Source: Thainema sp. (GTDB taxonomy: Bacteria; Cyanobacteriota; Cyanobacteriia; Phormidesmidales; Phormidesmidaceae). From it: 64,000 nt of DNA. The position numbers were made by a program, and so were the translations under genes. The stretch lies in the NCBI GenBank assembly GCA_052168235.1, contig JBQLZK010000006.1, forward strand, positions 64,001-128,000, read 5' to 3'. Positions 57,440-64,000 of this stretch are shown here, one piece after another. The notes below the pieces were generated by a model. The model searched no databases, was not told where the DNA came from, and saw nothing but the letters and a program-made list of their open reading frames with translations. The first letter of the stretch is position 1; every line of letters begins with the position of its first letter.

Positions 57440-59224
57440 CTATACAGGTAGCGCCACATCAACTGCACCGGAACTCATGGCCCCAGAGTAAACCAGCCCC
57501 CGCTGCATATCCAGGGTCAAAATCGCCCCATCCCGAATCACATGGGTGGCATCTTTCACACCAACAATGACCGGAATTCCCAGCCTCAGGCCAATCACAG
57601 CCGCATGACTGGTCAGGCTGTCTTCTTCCGTGACAATGCCGCCTGCCTTACGAATGGCTTCCACATAGTCAGAACTCGTAGACGGTACAACCAAGATTTC
57701 TCCGGGGTTGAAGCGGCTGATGTCCATTGCCGTAGCGGAGACTCTCGCTCGACCGCTGACCGTGCCTTGACCAATGCCAACACCGCGACCTAAGACGGCT
57801 GTAACGACTTCTACCTTGATCAGGTCGGTTGAACCCGCCACGCCCTGAAGCGTACCTGCGGTCATTACGACTAGATCCCCTTCATCCAGTAAATGTTTCT
57901 CCTGTGCGACATTCAGTGCCGCCTTGAACGTTTGACCAGTTGAAGGCAAATCCAGTACTAGCAGCGGCTTTACGCCCCAAACGAGCTGAAGCTGTCGTGC
58001 GACATCTACGTGAGGCGTCACGGCTAAGATCGGTTTTTCGGGTCGGAACTTCGATACGTTACGGGCGGTGGCTCCGGTTTTGGTCAGCGTCATAATTGCT
58101 GACGCGTCTAACTGAGTTGCGATTCGCGCAACCGCGTGGCTGATTGCATTAGGTACAGAACGCCCTGGTGTGCTTTCGACGTTGCAGACAATCTGCTCTT
58201 TCTCGATCCGGCGAGCAATCCGCGCCATCGTGGCAACCGCTTCTACTGGATGGCTACCGACTGCCGTTTCGTTGGACAGCATGACCGCATCAGTGCCGTC
58301 CAGAATCGCATTCGCTACGTCCGAAATTTCAGCCCGAGTCGGGCGGGGACTGTGTACCATGCTGTCGAGCATTTGGGTGGCCGTGATGACGGGAATGCCC
58401 AAGCGATTGGCTGTAATAATTAGCCGCTTTTGCAGTACAGGTACGTCTTCGGCAGGCAGCTCAACGCCGAGATCGCCCCGCGCCACCATGACGCCATCGC
58501 TAATCGAGAGAATGGCTTCCATCTGCTCGATCGCTTCGTGCTTTTCAATCTTAACCACGACGGGCGTTTGCTTCCCCGCGTTAGAAATCAGCTCCTTAAT
58601 TTCCAGGACATCTTGGGGATTGCGGACGAAGCTGAGTGCCACCCAATCGACGCCTTGATCGAGACCAAAAACGAGATCGCGTCGATCTTTATCAGTCAGA
58701 GCTTTAATCGAAAGGTAAACACCAGGGAAGTTTACGCCTTTGCTGTTGGACAGAACGCCACCCACCACCACTCGACAGTGGAGTTCACGCTTTTCCTGGT
58801 CAACCCGCTCGACGCGCATCTCGACGCGACCATCGTCCAGCAAAATGGTTGATCCCGCTGGCACTTCATCGGCCAGCAAATCGTAGGTGACAGAGCTAAT
58901 TTGCTTTGTCCCAACCACTGGCTCACTGGTCAAGATGAACGGATCGCCTCGCTCTAGGGTGATTGAACCCTGTTCAAATTTGCCTAAGCGAATTTTGGGC
59001 CCCTGCAAGTCCTGAAGAATGCCTACAGGCTGATTCAGTTCAAAGGATACCTGACGAATCAGCCGAATGCTGCGCTGGTGATCCTCATGGGTTCCGTGAG
59101 AAAAGTTAAGCCGTAACGTCGTGGCTCCGGCTTCAATCAAATCCCGTAATACATCGGCATGGCTAGTTGCAGGGCCGATTGTGGCTACAATTTTGGTTCG
59201 CCGTAGAGCTTGTCGCAGTTGCAT
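57440..59224 (-). CDS. pyk: Pyruvate kinase with C-terminal PEP-utiliser mobile domain
   Basis: RRTKIVATIGPA, RLNFSHG, MVARGDLGVE, ATQMLDSM and the TSHAAVIG extension. Confidence 0.96.
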   Translation of the reverse strand: MQLRQALRRTKIVATIGPATSHADVLRDLIEAGATTLRLNFSHGTHEDHQRSIRLIRQVSFELNQPVGILQDLQGPKIRLGKFEQGSITLERGDPFILTSEPVVGTKQISSVTYDLLADEVPAGSTILLDDGRVEMRVERVDQEKRELHCRVVVGGVLSNSKGVNFPGVYLSIKALTDKDRRDLVFGLDQGVDWVALSFVRNPQDVLEIKELISNAGKQTPVVVKIEKHEAIEQMEAILSISDGVMVARGDLGVELPAEDVPVLQKRLIITANRLGIPVITATQMLDSMVHSPRPTRAEISDVANAILDGTDAVMLSNETAVGSHPVEAVATMARIARRIEKEQIVCNVESTPGRSVPNAISHAVARIATQLDASAIMTLTKTGATARNVSKFRPEKPILAVTPHVDVARQLQLVWGVKPLLVLDLPSTGQTFKAALNVAQEKHLLDEGDLVVMTAGTLQGVAGSTDLIKVEVVTAVLGRGVGIGQGTVSGRARVSATAMDISRFNPGEILVVPSTSSDYVEAIRKAGGIVTEEDSLTSHAAVIGLRLGIPVIVGVKDATHVIRDGAILTLDMQRGLVYSGAMSSGAVDVALPV

Positions 59225-59478
59225 AGGAGAGGCAGCAGTTTAAAACAGAACCGTACTAGAATCTCTATCCTAGAGCGGATAGGCAACTCGGATACTACCA
59301 CGTTGGTGAATAGTTAGAGTGCCAGTTATTTGGCTGAACCTGATCGGTTCCTGCCGACGCCCAATGGAAGCCGTTCGAAAGCAGGCAGACCGAATTCCCC
59401 CTAGCTGTTTGCTGTTTGTGGTTTCGCCAAAAGACGTCCAGAAGTTGCCAGAACCGCCAGACGGGGTTGAGCATTGGC

Positions 59479-60414
59479 TTAAACCGGCTGTACCATGCGC
59501 TGGAGATAGGACTGTACCTCTACTAAGGCCTCAGCGGCGTGGCGCAAATGAACTTCGAGCTGTTCTTTGCGATTGAGCAGCACCCGCAGTTTGCGATAGC
59601 GGGCAATTGCCATGCTTACAGTCGGCAGTTGCTCTGAGGGGCAAGGGCGACACCATAAGCGGCCATCAGCGTCTAAACCACAAAGCTGATAGCGGCTGTC
59701 GGCATTAAAAGATGGATGGCTAGCGGATGCTGGCAGTGTTTCGGTTGGTTCATTGCTGGCATCAGCCGATTCGCTAGCTGCTGTAGATTCACAAATTTTT
59801 TCAACGTATTGGAGAAGCTCTTCTCCTTCTGCATTGCGCAAAATGGCGGTGTCAATATCAACCTGGGCTGAAGATGATTCCTTTTCTTGTTCGAGCCAAC
59901 CGTTGACAATGGGGCCTTCAGCATACAAATCCTGAATTTGCACAATGACCTGCCGTAATTCCGCTTGCCAGCGTTCAACGGTTAAACTGATCTCTCGGGC
60001 TAGGCTGAGTGGTAATTCTGTGTTAAAGCTGTGGCGATGATTGCTGAAGCTTGGCAACTTAAACTTGGGTAGCGACAAGGGTTGAGCCGCGCTGTGCTGG
60101 GCGGGAAAAGGCTGTACGGTAGGAGGTGGCGTGCCCATCACCTTTTTGCTGGGTTGGGGGGGAGATTGAATCGTTGCCGTTTGGGCTGGAACAGTCTGGG
60201 CTGAAGTGGCGTTTGATTTGGTTCCTGCTTGGGATGAACGGGCTGATTTTGCGATCGCAAATGACACTCCCTGGGCTGATCGGCTGCGGGATGAGGACTG
60301 GCCAGATGAAGTCACTGACGCCGCAGTTTGCGAGACATGCGAAACAGTCGATGTGGCAGCTGTGTTTAGACGCCGCAACGTGGCTTCTATGCGCTGGAGA
60401 TCCTGCTTCATCAT
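59479..60414 (-). CDS. Conserved cyanobacterial hypothetical protein
   Basis: IQDLYAEGPIVNGWLE and YQLCGLDADGRLWCRPCP..QLP.VSMAIARY blocks separated by low-complexity linkers. Confidence 0.75.
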   Translation of the reverse strand: MMKQDLQRIEATLRRLNTAATSTVSHVSQTAASVTSSGQSSSRSRSAQGVSFAIAKSARSSQAGTKSNATSAQTVPAQTATIQSPPQPSKKVMGTPPPTVQPFPAQHSAAQPLSLPKFKLPSFSNHRHSFNTELPLSLAREISLTVERWQAELRQVIVQIQDLYAEGPIVNGWLEQEKESSSAQVDIDTAILRNAEGEELLQYVEKICESTAASESADASNEPTETLPASASHPSFNADSRYQLCGLDADGRLWCRPCPSEQLPTVSMAIARYRKLRVLLNRKEQLEVHLRHAAEALVEVQSYLQRMVQPV

Positions 60415-60526
60415 GACCTGTTCTTCCTTGCGTTCGTCAGTAGGGATTTGCCAGTGGGAAAGGAGTTGCCCAAATTAAATCACAGTTTTTCCAAAACGAC
60501 GCTTAGTACATGAAAAATTATTCGTA

Positions 60527-61126
60527 ATGACCGAGCCATCGACCATTTCATCCACCATTTTAGTAACTGGCCCAGCTCGCTCCGGTAAAAGTGAATGGGC
60601 CGAGCGATTGGCGACTCAGCCCCATCTGCCCGTTATTTACATTGCGACCGCCCAGACTGATCCCACCGATCCCGAATGGCAACAGCGGATTGAGGCGCAT
60701 CGCCAGCGGCGATCGCAAACTTGGCAAACGGTAGAAGCCCCGATAGATTTGGTTAAAACCCTGCAAACCCAAACGTTCGTATCTTCGCCGTCTTCGCCAC
60801 GCTGTTTGCTGATTGACTCGCTCGGCACCTGGTTGGCCAACTGTTTGGAACAAGCCGATGCCGAATGGCATCAAACTCAACAGGATTTGTTACATACGGT
60901 GCAGCAAATTCGTCAGCAGTCGCGTCACCACCTAATTTTTGTGGCGGAAGAGACGGGCTGGAGCGTTGTGCCAGCGTATCCCTTGGGCCGCTTATTCCGC
61001 GATCGCATGGGGATGCTGACGCGACAACTGGGTGCGATCGCAGATGCCGTTTACTTGGTGACAGGCGGTTATGCCTTAGATTTAGCACAGCTCGGTCAAC
61101 CCATTGATTCTGGCTTGTCCGATTAG
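60527..61126 (+). CDS. cobU: Adenosylcobinamide kinase / adenosylcobinamide-phosphate guanylyltransferase
   Basis: LVTGPARSGKS, YIATA, RIEAHRQRR, LIDSLGTW and EETGW.VVP...GRLFRD. Confidence 0.93.
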   Translation: MTEPSTISSTILVTGPARSGKSEWAERLATQPHLPVIYIATAQTDPTDPEWQQRIEAHRQRRSQTWQTVEAPIDLVKTLQTQTFVSSPSSPRCLLIDSLGTWLANCLEQADAEWHQTQQDLLHTVQQIRQQSRHHLIFVAEETGWSVVPAYPLGRLFRDRMGMLTRQLGAIADAVYLVTGGYALDLAQLGQPIDSGLSD

Positions 61127-61411
61127 TTGGTTTGATTTAGTTGGCTTGATTCGGCGTCGTGCAGAGGCATCATGCCGAATAGATTTCAACTCAGTACCAA
61201 AAGCCTCAAACTAAACGACAACGATCCTGGCAACTTCTATTAAGATCCCGATAAAGGATGCCATCAGAATCAAGATTTTAGTAAAAGATGCCACGGTGCA
61301 GATCTGGGTCTCGTGACTGTAGATTTTGCGTCCGTCCTATGCAAAAGTCTTAAATGCGTAGCCCCAACCAATTTGTGATGGTGTGAGGACGATACGGAGG
61401 GAAGATAGAAC

Positions 61412-62092
61412 GTGAACATTTTCGAAATATTTAGCCGTGGCGGATTCGCCATGTGGCCGCTGCTGATTCTGTCGATTTTGGCCGTCGGCACCATCATTGA
61501 GCGCATTTGGTTTTGGTCAAAAATTCTCAACAAAGAGCGGGAAGTTGCCGATCGAGTGCTCAATGCGGCTCGTGACAGTTGGCTAGCGGCCACCGATGTG
61601 TCTCGTCAGGCCCGTGCCTTACCAATGGGTCGAGTCCTTTACAGGGCGTTACATCTCGTCAATCCGGAGCCTGAAGTGTTTCGGCTGGCGCTCGAAACGG
61701 CTGCAAACGAAGAGATTGCCGCCATGCGACGCGGGGAAAAGCTGTTGGAGGCAACGATTGCTCTGGCACCGCTGTTGGGATTACTTGGTACCGTACTCGG
61801 CTTGATTAATTCACTTGGTTCCATCCGTTTGGGTGAACTTGGCACAGATGCGACTTCCGGTGTCACCCTGGGGATTGGTGAATCGCTGATCAGTACGGCG
61901 GCTGGACTCGTTGTGGCAATTATTGCGCTCGTGTTTTATCGCATTTTTCAATCGTTTGCCTTTAATCAAGCTAAAACCTTCAATCGCGCAGGTAGTGAAC
62001 TGGAACTGCTGTATCGGCAAGATTGGGCAAATACTGGCGGTATGCCGATGAAAGAGCTACCCACCGATCACCAGGAAAGTCCGGCTTTATAA
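61412..62092 (+). CDS. exbB: MotA/TolQ/ExbB proton channel protein
   Basis: GGFAMWPLL, APLLGLLGTVLGLI and GIGESLISTAAGL. Confidence 0.88.
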   Translation: MNIFEIFSRGGFAMWPLLILSILAVGTIIERIWFWSKILNKEREVADRVLNAARDSWLAATDVSRQARALPMGRVLYRALHLVNPEPEVFRLALETAANEEIAAMRRGEKLLEATIALAPLLGLLGTVLGLINSLGSIRLGELGTDATSGVTLGIGESLISTAAGLVVAIIALVFYRIFQSFAFNQAKTFNRAGSELELLYRQDWANTGGMPMKELPTDHQESPAL

Positions 62093-62270
62093 GCCGAATG
62101 CTGAAGAATGTTGAAGAATATTTAAGAGCAGGGATAGGAGGGCGGATTGCGATCGCAACCCCCATTTGCAACCCTAATTCGCAACCTCATCCACATCCCA
62201 TTCCAACCGACAGTCAACAGTCTGCAATCTGAACCCCAGGTAAAATCACGCAAACGGATCAACACTTTTT

Positions 62271-62921
62271 ATGAACGTCAACTTTGACTCCCAAACCGAA
62301 GAAGTCCGGATCGAGATCGTGCCGCTGATTGATGTGATCTTCTGCATCTTGACGTTCTTTATCCTGGCGGCAGTGAGCTTGACCCGACAGCAGGCCATTA
62401 ATGTTGATCTGCCCCAGGCCAGTACAGGTGCGCCGCAGATGCAGGATATGCTGCTGGTCAGTATCGATTCCATTGGTCAAATTTACGTCGAGCAGCAACC
62501 AGTCACCTTTCAGCAATTGACCGATGTGCTAGGCCAGTATGAGCAGGCGGTTCCAGAAGGACTGCTTGTTCTCTACGCCTCACGGAATGCTCGCTATGCA
62601 GAGGTTGTGGAGGTCTTAGATCTGCTCCGCTCGGTCGGTGGCGATCGGGTGGCGCTGGCTACGCTACCAGACACAGCCACTCCACTCAATCCCAACGATC
62701 CAGGACTGGATAATCCCTCCCAAGACGACCTGCTGCTGCCGGCTGATCCATTTGGTACTCCGGGTTCCGGTGATGGGTCACCGGGGTTGTCCGATCCGCT
62801 CGGTAGCGACCCGCTTAACCCGCTAGCGCCGGGTGGTTCTGGTTCTTTGGACAATGACGGCTCTGGTTTGCTGACTCCCTCCAATCCCAGCAGTTTGCCA
62901 TCAGATGACGCTGATAATTAA
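62271..62921 (+). CDS. exbD: Biopolymer transporter ExbD/TolR
   Basis: IEIVPLIDVIFCILTFF, VDLPQA, and a Pro/Asp/Gly-rich tail. Confidence 0.9.
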   Translation: MNVNFDSQTEEVRIEIVPLIDVIFCILTFFILAAVSLTRQQAINVDLPQASTGAPQMQDMLLVSIDSIGQIYVEQQPVTFQQLTDVLGQYEQAVPEGLLVLYASRNARYAEVVEVLDLLRSVGGDRVALATLPDTATPLNPNDPGLDNPSQDDLLLPADPFGTPGSGDGSPGLSDPLGSDPLNPLAPGGSGSLDNDGSGLLTPSNPSSLPSDDADN

Positions 62922-63049
62922 TGACGCTGGCAATTAATGCTGACAATTAACTCAGTGGGATTTTTACCGTGGAACTTTAATGCGGCTGTATCGTCGTGTA
63001 GCTTCGTGGGCTGTTGGTTTTTTCCTGCTGATCTCATTCACATCTCCTT

Positions 63050-63646
63050 ATGAACAAGCTACTCAATTCGCTGGTTAAACGTCGCGCTCCACGTCTAGGT
63101 CAAGCTTGGGCGTTGGGCATGGGGATAGGTCTGTTCTGGTCGGGATCTGCGATCGCGGCTGAAACCGTAACGTTCAGATACAATGAGCTGGAATTTGGGG
63201 TTTCAACACCAGAGCTGCGCGTCTTTGCCGAAACGGGTGAAATCACCTCACCGCTTATCCGCTTGGCCTCTCGTCAATATCCTGAGATTGCTGACAAGGC
63301 TCGCTTAGTCCTTAATCAGAGCGTTGCCCTAGAAGGCAAAGTTGAAAAAGAAATTGGTAGCACAATCATTGGCTCTGCGGTGCTAGAACAGCTTGACAAA
63401 CTGCTAGATGACGCCACTGGGCAGGATAATACTGAACCTATTCAGTCAGCCATCTTGGCTGCTTATGCAGACGATCAAGTGGTTTCGCTAGTTGAGATTA
63501 TTGAGGAGTATCCCGAAGACAATATCGTCGTCAATCTCAGTAATTTAGAACAGGTTTACAGCGAGGCTTTAGCTGTGATTGAGCGTGTTCAGCCAGCTCT
63601 CGGGGTCCTCCAGGATGTGCTAGATATCCTGGGTGCTGGGAGCTAA
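63050..63646 (+). CDS. DUF1400-type (alpha/beta hydrolase-associated) exported protein
   Basis: Signal peptide then AAETVTFRY...ELRVFAETGEI...AILAAYADDQVVSLVEIIEEYP. Confidence 0.75.
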   Translation: MNKLLNSLVKRRAPRLGQAWALGMGIGLFWSGSAIAAETVTFRYNELEFGVSTPELRVFAETGEITSPLIRLASRQYPEIADKARLVLNQSVALEGKVEKEIGSTIIGSAVLEQLDKLLDDATGQDNTEPIQSAILAAYADDQVVSLVEIIEEYPEDNIVVNLSNLEQVYSEALAVIERVQPALGVLQDVLDILGAGS

Positions 63647-64000
63647 TGATTTGAGGCCGAATGCAGGTGAGTTAACGGGGGCGCAATGCGTCCCCTTCTT
63701 TTTTGTGAACGATTTACAGTGCCGATGTTACACAAAAGATAACGATCAAGATAACGATGGGTTTCAATTCCACTAAAAAGAGACAGAACTACCCTTGGGT
63801 CGAAATATGGCCGTTTGAGGCAATTACCATCCCATTACACCACCTCACCTCATGGACTAATGTCATAAATGAGACACAATATGAACTTTGTTATATTTCA
63901 GTTCTCTTCAGTTAAGAACAGCCGCCGCAATCATTCGATATTGTGAGAGGTGGAGTATTTTCCGCTGTTCTAGCTGGAAGATGCGATCGCAAAAGATTGC

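Noticed and set aside
61127..61411. Cobalamin riboswitch before exbB
   Set aside because: No recognisable B12-box or GGGAA core; only a weak hairpin is present.
1..64000. Abundant GCGATCGC as a novel repeat
   Set aside because: This is the well-known cyanobacterial HIP1 octamer.
1..64000. tRNA, rRNA or intact transposase genes
   Set aside because: No cloverleaf/T-loop pattern, rRNA-like stretch or transposase ORF was recognised.

Overview
Chromosomal window from a cyanobacterium, probably a filamentous Leptolyngbya/Nodosilinea-like lineage (inference from the very frequent HIP1 octamer GCGATCGC, psbZ, a dgdA-like glycosyltransferase, an SLH-OprB porin and heptamer-type STRR repeats). Positions 6.5-17.5 kb (minus strand) hold the baseplate/accessory half of a contractile injection system (CIS). 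It comprises gp25, a J-like baseplate, a gpI-like tail protein, a DUF4159-type protein and two large single-pass membrane proteins. No sheath, tube, spike or PAAR gene is present in the window. A 961-aa secreted orphan lies downstream. Upstream is a small island with a truncated DUF4160 gene, DUF2442 and a DUF433/DUF5615 pair. The remainder is mostly core or stress genes: SPL-family radical SAM plus uvsE, deoC-recO-MFS-dgdA, psbZ, xanthine permease, porin, M48 peptidase, mannose-1-P guanylyltransferase, an ethylene-receptor-like kinase, LysR, galE, pap, an Ada-like methyltransferase, fbaB, pyk, cobU and exbBD. Intergenic DNA is unusually structured. It contains a set of long near-perfect palindromes centred on C-YNA-G, GTAG-type REP/REPIN elements, two MITE-like elements, and repeat-derived inverted repeats bracketing uvsE and a G-rich spacer inside the CIS operon. 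No rRNA, tRNA, CRISPR array or intact transposase was recognised. All calls come from reading the sequence; no database search was run.
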